From NCBI GenBank assembly GCA_029210695.1, contig JARGFH010000012.1, forward strand, positions 1 to 64,000: 64,000 nt of DNA. The letters run 5' to 3'. Positions 18,896-29,056 of the stretch are shown in pieces. Each line of letters begins with the position of its first letter. The stretch's first letter is position 1. The notes below the pieces were generated by a model that was given only the letters and a program-made list of their open reading frames with translations, did no database searches and was not told the origin of the DNA. This DNA comes from Acidimicrobiia bacterium (GTDB taxonomy: Bacteria > Actinomycetota > Acidimicrobiia > Spongiisociales > JAHEDJ01). A program made the position numbers and the translations under genes.

Positions 18896-19450
18896 TCATA
18901 GGCCGAAGCTCTCGAGTACCTCGTACCTGGTTTCGCCGTGTTCGAGGTGGCTCCGGAACAGCGTGACCTCATCAACCAGCATCCGCACCCGCACCGGGCT
19001 GGTTCCGGCAATGAGCGTCGAGACATCTTGCGGTGGCCGGATCCGGCTCAACGTCAGGTGGGCGCGAAACGGACGGTCTTCGGACGGGAAGCCGGCGCCT
19101 GCAACGCCCTCTTCCACAACTCCGGCCAACCTTTGAAGCTGTGACTCACCCTCGTTGATCCCGACCCAAAGTACGGTGGCACGCTCCGAGCGAGGAAAGG
19201 CGCCGAGTCCATCGAACCCGATGTCGAACGGCGCTCCGAGGCGAGCACTCGCCAACTCCATCAATAGACGGTCAAACTCGACGGCCCCGACCTCACCGAG
19301 GAACCGCAGGGTCAGATGCCAGTTCATGGGTGGCACCACCCGTCCGGGCAAACGTCCTTGGGCGTGTTCAGTCAGCAGCGCCGCCAGCGCTTGTCTGGTG
19401 TCGGACCGCAGGTCGACGCCGATGAAGAGCCTGCCTACGCTTCCCACCAT
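18896..19450 (-). CDS. thpR: RNA 2',3'-cyclic phosphodiesterase
   Basis: RLFIG, two HxT motifs (HLTLRFLG, HLTLSR). Confidence 0.93.
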   Translation of the reverse strand: MVGSVGRLFIGVDLRSDTRQALAALLTEHAQGRLPGRVVPPMNWHLTLRFLGEVGAVEFDRLLMELASARLGAPFDIGFDGLGAFPRSERATVLWVGINEGESQLQRLAGVVEEGVAGAGFPSEDRPFRAHLTLSRIRPPQDVSTLIAGTSPVRVRMLVDEVTLFRSHLEHGETRYEVLESFGL

Positions 19451-20679
19451 TCCCCCACCAGAGCCAGGCGAACCAGATGCAGGGCCGCGGTGGCGGCGTA
19501 CGTACGGACCCGTTCCCGGTCGCCCGGCAACCGCATTACCCGCGCCCGTGAACCCTCGGGGGTATGCACGGCGATCACCATCGTGCCGGCCGCCCGTTCC
19601 TGGGGGTCCGGGCCTGCCGATCCGGTAACGGCCACCGCCACATCGGCCCGCAGACGAGCGGCTGCTCCCTCTGCCATGAACAAAGCCGTCGCCTCGCTCA
19701 CCACACCCTCATCCAGGATCTCCTGTGGCACATCGAGGAGCGAAGCCTTGAGATCCGTGGCGTACACGACCACCCCACCCCGGAAGACCTTCGACGCCCC
19801 GGGCACCGAAGTCATGCGGGCGGCGATCAGGCCGGCCGTCGCCGACTCAGCGGTGGCCATCGTCCATTGCCGTTCCTCGAGCAGACCCAGGATGACCCGT
19901 TCGATCGTTTCATCGTCGACACCGAACACCGAAGCACCGAGTCGCTCCCGGATCGTCCCTTCATAGGGTGCGATCAATCGAGTTGCTTCTGCTTCGGTGC
20001 GTGCCTTGGCTGTGATACGGACTTTGATCTCAGCGGCCGACGCCAGGAAGGCGATGCTCGGATTCGTCGACCCGTGGTAGATATCGTCGAGCAGCTCGGC
20101 TACCTGCGACTCAGATCGTCCCCAACTTCGCAGAAGGCGGCTCAGCACGACCTGATCGACGCCTGCCGCGGTCCGCAGCCGCGGGAGTACTTCGTGTTGC
20201 ATCAGGTAGTGCATCTCTTCCGGGACTCCAGGCAGTGCGAAGATCCAGCGGCCATCGTGCTGCAGGGCTATCGCAGGAGCAGTCCCCTTCAGATTGGGGA
20301 TCTGCTCTGCCCCTTCCGGGTATTCAGCCTGACGGAGATTGCTTTCCGGCATCCGGCGCCCGCGTGCTTCCCAAAAGGACCGAAGACGCTCGGCGAACTC
20401 CTGACTGAACACGAGTGGACGGCCCGTCGCCGCCGAGATCGCCTCCCGGGTGACATCGTCCTGGGTCGGGCCGATCCCGCCCGTCATGATGATGACATCT
20501 GCCCGGCCGAGTGCAATCTTGATCGCATCGACCATCCGGTCGAGGTTGTCTCCGACGACGACCTGGTAGTGGGCGTCGAAACCCGACTCCGCCAGCTTCT
20601 CGCCGAGGAAGGCCGCATTACGGTTGGTGATCTGGCCCAGCAGCAGTTCAGTACCCACTGCAATGACTTCGACAATCAA
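19435..20679 (-). CDS. cinA: CinA (MocF domain plus NMN deamidase)
   Basis: VGTELLLG, GGIGPTQDDVT, TAESATAG, GVVS. Confidence 0.95.
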   Translation of the reverse strand: MIVEVIAVGTELLLGQITNRNAAFLGEKLAESGFDAHYQVVVGDNLDRMVDAIKIALGRADVIIMTGGIGPTQDDVTREAISAATGRPLVFSQEFAERLRSFWEARGRRMPESNLRQAEYPEGAEQIPNLKGTAPAIALQHDGRWIFALPGVPEEMHYLMQHEVLPRLRTAAGVDQVVLSRLLRSWGRSESQVAELLDDIYHGSTNPSIAFLASAAEIKVRITAKARTEAEATRLIAPYEGTIRERLGASVFGVDDETIERVILGLLEERQWTMATAESATAGLIAARMTSVPGASKVFRGGVVVYATDLKASLLDVPQEILDEGVVSEATALFMAEGAAARLRADVAVAVTGSAGPDPQERAAGTMVIAVHTPEGSRARVMRLPGDRERVRTYAATAALHLVRLALVGEWWEA

Positions 20680-20696
20680 GTATGAAGCTCCAGGTT

Positions 20697-21089
20697 CTAC
20701 GTCTTCTCGTCCAGCAAACGACGAATGTCTGCTATCCGGTCTTCGATCTCCCGCCGACCCATGGCTGCGTCGATCTGCTGGTTGACGCGGACGGCGTGCG
20801 CGCCGGAAAAAGCGTCGCCGCCCTGGCTCCCGCCCCCGGATTGCGCCACGACATCAATCCGGGTCTTCTGGAGCGCATCCCATCTGATTAGCAGATGTTC
20901 GAGCTCGGCCTCGAGGGACGGTCGATCGATCGCCGCACCAATTCGAGCGGTGGCCGCTCGTTCGCGCAGGTGCTTCTGTTCTTCCTTGAGCCGGTGGCGC
21001 TCCTCGAGTGCATCGTCGGGGAGGCCGGCCAACCGGTCAATGACCCGTCCCATCTCAGCCAGGATTGCATCGAGGTCGTTCGTCTCCAT
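20697..21089 (-). CDS. Hypothetical coiled-coil protein
   Basis: Fills the gap; helical; TAGCCT 6 nt before ATG. Confidence 0.7.
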   Translation of the reverse strand: METNDLDAILAEMGRVIDRLAGLPDDALEERHRLKEEQKHLRERAATARIGAAIDRPSLEAELEHLLIRWDALQKTRIDVVAQSGGGSQGGDAFSGAHAVRVNQQIDAAMGRREIEDRIADIRRLLDEKT

Positions 21090-21125
21090 CGTCCCAGGCT
21101 AACGCCCGGGACTCCTCTGGAGGGA

Positions 21126-22415
21126 TCAGCCCTCGAAGAACTGCTCGTCTTCGGTTGAGCCGTCCAACGCCAGCGTGGCAGACTCGCCCACCGTCATGGC
21201 CACCATGTCGAAGTAGCCGGCCCCCACCTCGCGCTGGTGGCGAGTCGACGTGTAACCACGCTCCTCAATATCGAACTCGTGCTGCTGCACTCTCACATAG
21301 GCGGTCATGCCTTCGTTCTTGTAGCCGAGCGCCAGATCGAACATGGCCGCGTTCAGCGAGTGGAACCCTGCCAGCGTGATGAACTGGTACTTATAACCCA
21401 TCGCCCCCAGTTCCTTCTGGAAACTGGCGATTTCGGCATCGTCCAGGTACTTCTTCCAGTTGAACGACGGCGAGCAGTTGTAGGAAAGGAGCTTCCCCGG
21501 ATACTCGGCGTGGATGGCTTCTGCGAACCGGCGCGCCTCTTCGAGATCGGGATGGGCAGTCTCACACCAGATCAGGTCTGCGTACGGCGCATAGGCGAGG
21601 CCACGGGCGATGGCCTGGTCGAGCCCGGCCCGGGTCTCGAAAAAGCCCTCTTCTGTGCGTACACCGGTCGTGAAATCGTGGTCGCGCGGATCGATATCGG
21701 AGGTGAGAAGGGCTGCGGCGTTGGCGTCGGTCCTGGCCATGATCACCGTCGGCACGTCGAGGACGTCTGCGGCCAAACGCGCCGACTTCAAGTTGCGAAT
21801 CGCCTGACTCGTGGGAACGAGAACCTTCCCACCCATGTGGCCGCACTTCTTCTCGGAGGAGAGCTGGTCTTCGTAGTGGACGCCGGCGGCGCCTGCCTCG
21901 ATGAACGACTTGGTCAGCTCAAAGACGTTCAGTGGGCCTCCGAACCCTGCTTCTCCGTCGGCCACGATCGGGGCCATCCAATGGTGATCGCCTTTGCCTT
22001 CCGACCACTCGATTTGATCGGCTCGCCTCAGCGCGTTGTTGATCCGCCGGACCAGGGAAGGGGCACTATTGGCCGGGTACAGACTCTGGTCCGGATAAAC
22101 CTGTTCGGCCAGGTTGTTGTCACCGGCCACCTGCCACCCGGACAGGTAGATCGACTCCAGACCGGCCTTGACCATCTGCACCGCCTGATTGCCCGTCAGG
22201 GCGCCGAGTGCGTTCACATAGTCACGAGTTCCGAGCAGTTCCCACAATCGTTCGGCACCCTGACGGGCCAGGCTGTTCTCAACCCGGATCGACCCGCGCA
22301 ATCGCACGACATCCTCGGCGGTGTAGTCGCGCTGGATGCCCGCCCAACGGGGGTTGGTGTCCCAGTCCTTTTGGATCAGCTCCGCCTGGTTACGGACGCG
22401 TTCGTCAACGGTCAT
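21126..22415 (-). CDS. aceA: Isocitrate lyase
   Basis: [30 protein letters not shown]. Confidence 0.98.
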   Translation of the reverse strand: MTVDERVRNQAELIQKDWDTNPRWAGIQRDYTAEDVVRLRGSIRVENSLARQGAERLWELLGTRDYVNALGALTGNQAVQMVKAGLESIYLSGWQVAGDNNLAEQVYPDQSLYPANSAPSLVRRINNALRRADQIEWSEGKGDHHWMAPIVADGEAGFGGPLNVFELTKSFIEAGAAGVHYEDQLSSEKKCGHMGGKVLVPTSQAIRNLKSARLAADVLDVPTVIMARTDANAAALLTSDIDPRDHDFTTGVRTEEGFFETRAGLDQAIARGLAYAPYADLIWCETAHPDLEEARRFAEAIHAEYPGKLLSYNCSPSFNWKKYLDDAEIASFQKELGAMGYKYQFITLAGFHSLNAAMFDLALGYKNEGMTAYVRVQQHEFDIEERGYTSTRHQREVGAGYFDMVAMTVGESATLALDGSTEDEQFFEG

Positions 22416-22429
22416 TTGGATGGTTCCTT

Positions 22430-24019
22430 TCAATCAATCAGTTCGTAGGCGGGAATGGTCAAGAACTCCTGGAAGTCCGGCGCAACCGCGACCGTCTCGA
22501 AGAGACGACGGGACTCCTCGTAGAGGCCGGTGTCAAAGAAGTCGGCACCGACCATCTCACGGATGTTGCTCATCTCGTCGGAGATGATCTGGTCGACGAG
22601 CTCGGCGGTGAGGGCGCGACCATCGTCGAGTTTGGCCGCGTTGTGAACCCACTGCCAGATCTGGCTGCGCGATATCTCAGCAGTAGCCGCATCCTCCATG
22701 AGGTCGTAGAGGGCAGCGGCACCGTTCCCGCGCATCCACGAGGCCATGTACTCGATTCCGACCCGCACATTGGTGCGCACACCCTGTTCCGTGATCTTGC
22801 CTCCCACCACGGCGGTGTCGATGAGTTGGCCGGCGTCGACCTCAACGTCGTCGCGTTTACGGTCGATCTGATTGGGACGGTCGCCCAGGATCTCGTCAAA
22901 CACTTCCATCGCGATAGGGACGAGATCGGGATGCGCCACCCAGGTTCCGTCACAACCGTCACCGGCTTCGCGCAGTTTGTCGGCCCGAACTGCGGCCAGT
23001 GCCCGCTCCGTCACCTCCGGGTCCCGCCGGTTGGGAATGAAGGCTGCCATGCCGCCCATTGCATGGGCACCGCGCCGGTGACACGTCTTGATCAGCAAAT
23101 CGGTGTAGGCCCGCATGAAGGGAACGGTCATGGTGATCTGGGTGCGATCGGGAAGGATCAGATCGTTGTGGTTCCTGAACTTCTTGATGACGCTGAAGAT
23201 GTAGTCCCAGCGCCCGGCGTTGAGGCCGGCGGAGTGCTCCCGAAGTTCGTAGAGGATCTCGTCCATCTCGAAAGCGGCCAGGATCGTCTCGATCAGAACG
23301 GTGGCCCGTATGGTTCCACGCGGGATCCCGAGTTCGTCTTGTGCTGCCAGGAAGACATCGTTCCAGAGACGCGCTTCGAGGTGACTCTCGAGCTTGGGAA
23401 GATAGAAATACGGGCCGGTCCCCACCGCGATTGCCCGCTTGGCGGAGTGGAACATGTACATCCCGAAGTCGAACAGGCTGGCCGAAATCGGTTCGCCGTC
23501 GATGAGCACATGCTTCTCGTCGAGATGCCACCCGCGGGGCCGAACGAGGAGCGTGGCAGTGTCTTCGTTCAATGCGTAGCGTTTCCCATCGGGGTTCTCG
23601 AAGCTGATGGTTCGCTCATGAGCATCGATCAGGTTGGCTTGCCCATCGATCGTGTTCGCCCAATTCGGGGTATTCGAGTCCTCGAAGTCGGCCATGAACA
23701 CCTTGGCTCCCGAGTTGAGGGCGTTGATCATCATCTTGCGCTCTACCGGTCCCGTGATCTCGACTCGACGATCAAGTAGGTCGTCCGGGATGGCGGCGAC
23801 CGACCAGTCGGCCTCGCGAATGTCTTTGGTTTCGACGAGGAACTCGGGCATCTCACCGGCGTCGATGCGCAACTGCCGTTCGGCTCTGGCTGCAAGCAGT
23901 GTTTGGCGGCGCCGGTTGAAACGCCGGTGGAGATCGGCGATGAAAGCGAGTGCCTCGTCGGACAGGATCTCTCCGCCTCGTCCTTCGATGGGTCCCCTCA
24001 CCTCTGTATTGTCGGCCAT
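22430..24019 (-). CDS. aceB: Malate synthase A
   Basis: [35 protein letters not shown]. Confidence 0.97.
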   Translation of the reverse strand: MADNTEVRGPIEGRGGEILSDEALAFIADLHRRFNRRRQTLLAARAERQLRIDAGEMPEFLVETKDIREADWSVAAIPDDLLDRRVEITGPVERKMMINALNSGAKVFMADFEDSNTPNWANTIDGQANLIDAHERTISFENPDGKRYALNEDTATLLVRPRGWHLDEKHVLIDGEPISASLFDFGMYMFHSAKRAIAVGTGPYFYLPKLESHLEARLWNDVFLAAQDELGIPRGTIRATVLIETILAAFEMDEILYELREHSAGLNAGRWDYIFSVIKKFRNHNDLILPDRTQITMTVPFMRAYTDLLIKTCHRRGAHAMGGMAAFIPNRRDPEVTERALAAVRADKLREAGDGCDGTWVAHPDLVPIAMEVFDEILGDRPNQIDRKRDDVEVDAGQLIDTAVVGGKITEQGVRTNVRVGIEYMASWMRGNGAAALYDLMEDAATAEISRSQIWQWVHNAAKLDDGRALTAELVDQIISDEMSNIREMVGADFFDTGLYEESRRLFETVAVAPDFQEFLTIPAYELID

Positions 24020-24051
24020 GTGATTCCTCTCAACGGTGACCTAGATGCTGC

Positions 24052-24067
24052 AAGAAGACATCTTCTT
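24052..24067. promoter_or_regulatory. Palindromic operator candidate
   Basis: AAGAAGA-CA-TCTTCTT between divergent aceB and the regulator. Confidence 0.55.
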
Positions 24068-24137
24068 CTACCGGGGCAGCCACCGGAGGCGATTTGCGCG
24101 GTAATATTGAGGGTTCTTATCGTATAGGCAGGAGCGC

Positions 24138-25586
24138 GTGATCTTGGCCGAGCAACTCGATCCACTCGTCTTCGGACATCGGCTCCGGCATTTCCGGAAG
24201 TCGGCGGGCCTCACTCTCGACGAACTGGGAGAACGAGTGGGAAAGCCGGCCCCGTACTTGTCGACGATCGAGAATGGCAAGCGAGAGCCGAAGCTCTCGC
24301 TGATTTCCGCTCTGGCCGAGGCCCTCGACACCCCGGTGCCCGAGCTCCTCGACTCGACTCCCCCGTCGAAGAGGGCCCGCCTCGAAATCTCGATCGAACG
24401 CATCCAGAACGACCCCCTCTATCGCGAGCTGGGATTGCCCCATCTCAAGCCGTCCGCCCGGGTGCCCGATGACGCGCTCGAAGCCATCGTCGGCTTGTTT
24501 GAAGGGCTGCGCGACCGTGCACAAGTGCGAGCCGCAACCCCTGAGGAAGCTCGCCGGGAGAACGCCGCACTCCGGCTCTACCAGCGTGAGGTGGGCAACT
24601 ACTTCGGCGACATCGAGGCCGCCGCCCGCCGGGCGCTGGCGGCGATCGGATTCTCGGGGTCGGGGGCGCTCTCCCAGCGCAACCTCCTCGATCTCGCAGG
24701 CCATTTCGGGTTTACCGTGCATCCCACCGACGACGTACCTCACGCGGTTCGATCCATCACCGACCTTCGGAACAACCGGATCTTCATTCCTCAACGAAAC
24801 GCTCTCCGCACCAGGGCCGCCCGTTCGGTGGTGCTGCAAACCCTCGGCCACTTCGTGCTCGGCCATACCGACCCCAAAGGTTTTGGGGACTTCCTGCGGC
24901 AGCGCCTCGAAGCCAACTACTTCGCCGGAGCGGTCCTGGTGCCCGAGTCGTCGGCGGCGCCGTTCCTGAGCGAAGCTCATTTCGCGCGCGACCTGAGCGT
25001 CGAGGACCTCAAGGAACGGTTCTACGTCTCGTATGAAATGGCCGCGCATCGTTTCACGAACCTGGCCACCAAACACCTCAACCTGACCGTCCACATGATT
25101 CGCTCCGACGAGGACGGCATCATCTGGAAGGCATATGAGAACGATCACGTTCCCTTCCCCGCCGACCCCAACGGCGCCATCGAAGGCCAGCGCCTGTGCC
25201 GGAACTGGGGAACACGGATGGTGTTTCAGTCGCGTGACAAGTTCTCGATTCACTACCAGTACACCGACACTCCTGCCGGCACGTTCTGGTCATCGACCCA
25301 CGTAGAGGCCGACCGCGAACCTTTGCACGCGGTGACCGTGGGGACGACCTTCGATCAGGCCAAGTGGTTCCGGGGACGCGAAACCGACAACCACACCGCC
25401 TCAGCTTGTCCCGACGGCGACTGTTGCCGTCGACCACCACAGGATCTCATCGCCCGTTGGGAAGGCATGGTTTGGCCGTCGGCCCGACCCCACTCACACA
25501 TCCTCGCCGCGTTGCCGGCCGGAACCTTCCCCGGCGTCGACATGACCGAGATGTACGAGTTCCTCGAGAAGCACCCGGTGGTGTAA
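24138..25586 (+). CDS. RamB/PrpR-like XRE-family regulator
   Basis: N-terminal HTH (YLSTIENGKREP), EANYFAGAVL, VSYE..AHR, C-terminal Cys cluster; divergent from aceBA. Confidence 0.85.
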   Translation: MILAEQLDPLVFGHRLRHFRKSAGLTLDELGERVGKPAPYLSTIENGKREPKLSLISALAEALDTPVPELLDSTPPSKRARLEISIERIQNDPLYRELGLPHLKPSARVPDDALEAIVGLFEGLRDRAQVRAATPEEARRENAALRLYQREVGNYFGDIEAAARRALAAIGFSGSGALSQRNLLDLAGHFGFTVHPTDDVPHAVRSITDLRNNRIFIPQRNALRTRAARSVVLQTLGHFVLGHTDPKGFGDFLRQRLEANYFAGAVLVPESSAAPFLSEAHFARDLSVEDLKERFYVSYEMAAHRFTNLATKHLNLTVHMIRSDEDGIIWKAYENDHVPFPADPNGAIEGQRLCRNWGTRMVFQSRDKFSIHYQYTDTPAGTFWSSTHVEADREPLHAVTVGTTFDQAKWFRGRETDNHTASACPDGDCCRRPPQDLIARWEGMVWPSARPHSHILAALPAGTFPGVDMTEMYEFLEKHPVV

Positions 25587-25592
25587 TCCCAC

Positions 25593-25647
25593 CCCGTTCT
25601 TGCGTGGTTCCTCGGCGGTATGCGCCCCAGAGCGACGCAAGAACGGG
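25593..25647. repeat. ~50-bp palindromic element / bidirectional terminator
   Basis: CCCGTTCTTGCGT...ACGCAAGAACGGG. Confidence 0.7.
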
Positions 25648-26964
25648 TTACTCCGCCAGGAAGAGGGCCGGTTCCTCGAGGTTTTCGACGATCATCGCCA
25701 GGAACCGCCTTCCGAGACCTCCATCTATGACGCGGTGGTCGTATGAGAGGCTCAGCGGCATCATCGGCGCCGCCACCACTTTCCCGTCGCGGACGACGGC
25801 TTGATCCTCTGCCTTCCCGAGCGACAGGATGGCGGTGGTGCCGTGTGGGACGATCGGTGTGCCGTATCCCCCGCCGACGGCTCCGATGTTCGAAAGTGTG
25901 AACGTCGCCCCGGCCAGCTCGCCGGGTTCGAGGGTCCTGGCTCGAGCAGATTCCGCCAGCCGGGCGATTTCAACCGCCAGGTCGGCTACGCCGGCCTCTC
26001 CAACATCATGGAGCACCGGCACGATCAGCCCGTCATCGGTATCCACCGCCACACCGATGCTGAAGTACCGCTTGAACACCAGGTCCTCGCCGTCGATCGA
26101 CGCATTGAACTCCGGGAAGGCGCGCAGCGCCGGAATCACTGCCTTGACGATCAGCGCCTCGATCGGCGTGTCGGCGCTTCCCCGTCTTGCCAGAGCTCGC
26201 CTGGCCGCCAGCAAGCGGCCGGCATCGGCCGAGTCGAAGGCTGTGACGTGTGGGATCTCCGCCCACGACCGGCTCATCCGGTCGGCAATAGTCCGCCGCA
26301 GCCTGCTCATCCGAACGCGTTCCTCGTCACCCGACGGTGTCACGACCGTCTCCGGAGCCGGCGGTGCCTTGTAGGGGGCCTCCATGGGTGGCTCACCCGC
26401 CGGTTCGTCAATGTCGAACTCATCGACGTCTGCGGTCGCGCCGTCGATGGCGGCCGGGCCGTCGATGGCGGCCGGGCCGTCGATGGCGGCAAGAACATCT
26501 TCACGAGTGATCCGACCGAGCGGACCGGACCCCTGCACGGCTTCGAGATCGACCCCGCGTTCTCTGGCGAGCTTCCGCACCAGGGGCAGCGCTTTCGGGC
26601 GTTCGGGAATCGATCCGGATTCTCGAGCTCCCGCTCCGAGCAGCTCGGCCTCGTGGGAGAGCGTCCCGACGATGGGCGCCGCCTCCTGCGCGGCTTCGTC
26701 CTGGCCGGTCGGCGCCCACTCCTCGCCTTCGTAGCCGATGACGACCAGGATCTCCCCGACCATGATCGTTGACCCGGCCTCTCCCCCCCGGTGAAGCACT
26801 ACGCCTGCGAACGGCGAGGGAATATCGGTCACTGCCTTGTCCGTCTCCAGTTCCACGAGGGGCTGATCGACACCAACCGGGTCACCGACCTCCACGAGCC
26901 ACTGAACAACTTCGGCCTCGGTCAAGCCTTCACCGATATCGGGCAGACGGAACTCCTGCGCCAC
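25648..26964 (-). CDS. 2-oxoacid dehydrogenase E2 (dihydrolipoamide acyltransferase)
   Basis: Lipoyl ETDKA, E3-binding GSGPLGRIT, YDHRVIDG. Confidence 0.95.
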   Translation of the reverse strand: MAQEFRLPDIGEGLTEAEVVQWLVEVGDPVGVDQPLVELETDKAVTDIPSPFAGVVLHRGGEAGSTIMVGEILVVIGYEGEEWAPTGQDEAAQEAAPIVGTLSHEAELLGAGARESGSIPERPKALPLVRKLARERGVDLEAVQGSGPLGRITREDVLAAIDGPAAIDGPAAIDGATADVDEFDIDEPAGEPPMEAPYKAPPAPETVVTPSGDEERVRMSRLRRTIADRMSRSWAEIPHVTAFDSADAGRLLAARRALARRGSADTPIEALIVKAVIPALRAFPEFNASIDGEDLVFKRYFSIGVAVDTDDGLIVPVLHDVGEAGVADLAVEIARLAESARARTLEPGELAGATFTLSNIGAVGGGYGTPIVPHGTTAILSLGKAEDQAVVRDGKVVAAPMMPLSLSYDHRVIDGGLGRRFLAMIVENLEEPALFLAE

Positions 26965-27942
26965 CTAATCCTCCAATGTCTTTCCAACCGCAGCAACAAT
27001 CCGGTTGGCGGTCGGGACGTAATGGTGTTCCGCCAGCTTGAGCGGGACGATCGTGTCCCACCCGGTAACGCGCTGGACGGGCGCCAGCAGCGAGAACAGA
27101 GCATGTTCCTGAATCTGCGCAACCACCTCAGCGCCAAATCCGGCGGTGCGATGAGCCTCATGGACCACGACCGCCCGACCGGTCTTCTGGACGGACTCCA
27201 AGATGGTGTCGAGATCCAGCGGGACGATGCTGCGCAGGTCGATCAACTCGGCCGACACGCCTTCCTGCGACAAGACGGCCAGGGCCTTGCGGGCGGTGGC
27301 CGTCATGGCACCGTAGGTGATGATCGATACGTCGTCGCCGGACGCCAGAACGCGCGCCAGTCCGAGCGGAACCCGGTACGGCCCGTCCGGGATCTCCTCC
27401 TTCACCGACCGGTAGAGGCGAATCGGCTCGAGGAAGATGACCGGATCCGGATCTTCGATTGCCTCGAGGAGCATCCCCTTGGCGTCGTAGGGCGTCGACG
27501 GGACGACAACCTTCACCCCGGGCGTGTGCGCATAGATCGACTCGGTCGATTCCGAGTGATGTTCCGCCGCCCCGATCCCTCCGCCGAAGGGCATCCGAAT
27601 CACCATCGGAGCTGTGAAACGATGCCGGGACCGATTCCGAATCCGTCCCACGTGCGAGACGATCTGGTCGTAGGCAGGATAGGAGAATCCCATGAACTGA
27701 ATCTCGGTGACCGGGCGCATCCCGGCGACCGCCATCCCGAATGCGGTGCCGATGATTCCCGACTCGGCAACCGGAGCATCGATCACCCGCTCCGGCCCGT
27801 ACTTCTCGTAGAGGCCACTCGAGAGCCTGAACACTCCCCCCGTCTTACCGACGTCCTCGCCCATCAGGAGCACGCGGTCGTCCTGGCCGAGGGCAATATC
27901 CAGTGCGTCGGTGATCGCCTGGGCCAGAGTGCGAACCGCCAT
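26965..27942 (-). CDS. 2-oxoacid dehydrogenase E1 beta
   Basis: GEDVGKTGGVFR, EIQF, EHHSES, VVVHEA. Confidence 0.95.
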   Translation of the reverse strand: MAVRTLAQAITDALDIALGQDDRVLLMGEDVGKTGGVFRLSSGLYEKYGPERVIDAPVAESGIIGTAFGMAVAGMRPVTEIQFMGFSYPAYDQIVSHVGRIRNRSRHRFTAPMVIRMPFGGGIGAAEHHSESTESIYAHTPGVKVVVPSTPYDAKGMLLEAIEDPDPVIFLEPIRLYRSVKEEIPDGPYRVPLGLARVLASGDDVSIITYGAMTATARKALAVLSQEGVSAELIDLRSIVPLDLDTILESVQKTGRAVVVHEAHRTAGFGAEVVAQIQEHALFSLLAPVQRVTGWDTIVPLKLAEHHYVPTANRIVAAVGKTLED

Positions 27943-28979
27943 CAGCCGCCCTCGGATTCGAGAAGGCTGCGCTGGCGTTCGAGGTCGGAAGTTGGTTCGG
28001 CGAACATCGAGTCGAAGAGCGCATCGGAGTCCGGAGCCCGCAGGCCCTCCGCCAGTTGAACGGCCCGTTCAACGACCGCGCTCTCTTCACCCTCGATGTG
28101 CTTCTGCCACTCTTCATCCCAGGCATCGTTGATTTCCAAGTAGCGGCGCACCCGCTCGAGCGGATCGCGCGATCGCCACGTTTCCACTTCGCCTTCGTCG
28201 CGATACAGAGTCGGGTCATCACTGGTGGTGTGCGGTCCGAGCCGGTAGGTCACCGCCTCGATCAGCGTTGGCCCGTTCCCACTTCGCGCTCGTTCGACTG
28301 CTTTTTTAGCCGCCCAGTAGACGGCGAAGAGGTCGTTGCCGTCCAACCGGACCCCCGGCATGCCGTACGCGCCCGCCTTCTGCGCGATCGTTTCGGTGGC
28401 CGTTTGTCCGGTGAAACCCATCGAGATGGCGTACTGATTGTTCTGGCAGAAGAACACCGTGCCGGTGTGAAACACGGCGGCGAAGTTCATCGCTTCGTGG
28501 AAATCCCCCTCGGATGTTGCCCCGTCTCCGAAATAGGTGATGGCAATGCGCTCACTGCTCAGAAGGCGCTCAGCCCACGCCAGACCGACGGCGTGCAACA
28601 TGTGCGCACCGACCGTGATCGACGGCGGGAGGACATTCACGTAGTCGGGCGGCGACCCACCCCGCTCGTGTCCCGTCCGCCCTGCGAGCAGCAGTTCCCA
28701 CGGATACCCTTGCATCCACATAGCGGCGGCATCCCGGTAGGTGGCCACCATCCAGTCGTCCGGTCGCAGCACCGCGGCACTCCCGACCTGGGCCGCTTCC
28801 TGGCCCTCAAAAGGGGCATAGGTCGCCAACCGGCCTTGCTTCTGGATCGCGGTGGCCTTCCGGTCGAACATGCGGGCCGCCACCATGGCGCGATACAGTT
28901 TGCGTGTCATCGGGATGTCGACGGGTGGTTCGCCGACGAGTTCACCCTCGGGCGTAAGAATCTGGAGCATGGACTCCAC
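27942..28979 (-). CDS. 2-oxoacid dehydrogenase E1 alpha
   Basis: GQEAAQ, GDGATSEG...NN TPP motif, HTTSDDP; start 28979 or 28970. Confidence 0.95.
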   Translation of the reverse strand: MESMLQILTPEGELVGEPPVDIPMTRKLYRAMVAARMFDRKATAIQKQGRLATYAPFEGQEAAQVGSAAVLRPDDWMVATYRDAAAMWMQGYPWELLLAGRTGHERGGSPPDYVNVLPPSITVGAHMLHAVGLAWAERLLSSERIAITYFGDGATSEGDFHEAMNFAAVFHTGTVFFCQNNQYAISMGFTGQTATETIAQKAGAYGMPGVRLDGNDLFAVYWAAKKAVERARSGNGPTLIEAVTYRLGPHTTSDDPTLYRDEGEVETWRSRDPLERVRRYLEINDAWDEEWQKHIEGEESAVVERAVQLAEGLRAPDSDALFDSMFAEPTSDLERQRSLLESEGG

Positions 28980-29056
28980 AATCTAGTGCGCGGCGCGAAG
29001 GTGGCGCGCTAGCTCCTCACACGTCGCACAGAAGCACCCGGTAACAGTCCCCGGCC

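Noticed and set aside
21237..23779. Long plus-strand ORFs (21237-22448, 22208-23779) and similar antisense ORFs elsewhere
   Set aside because: High-GC shadow frames opposite clear genes (aceA, aceB and others)
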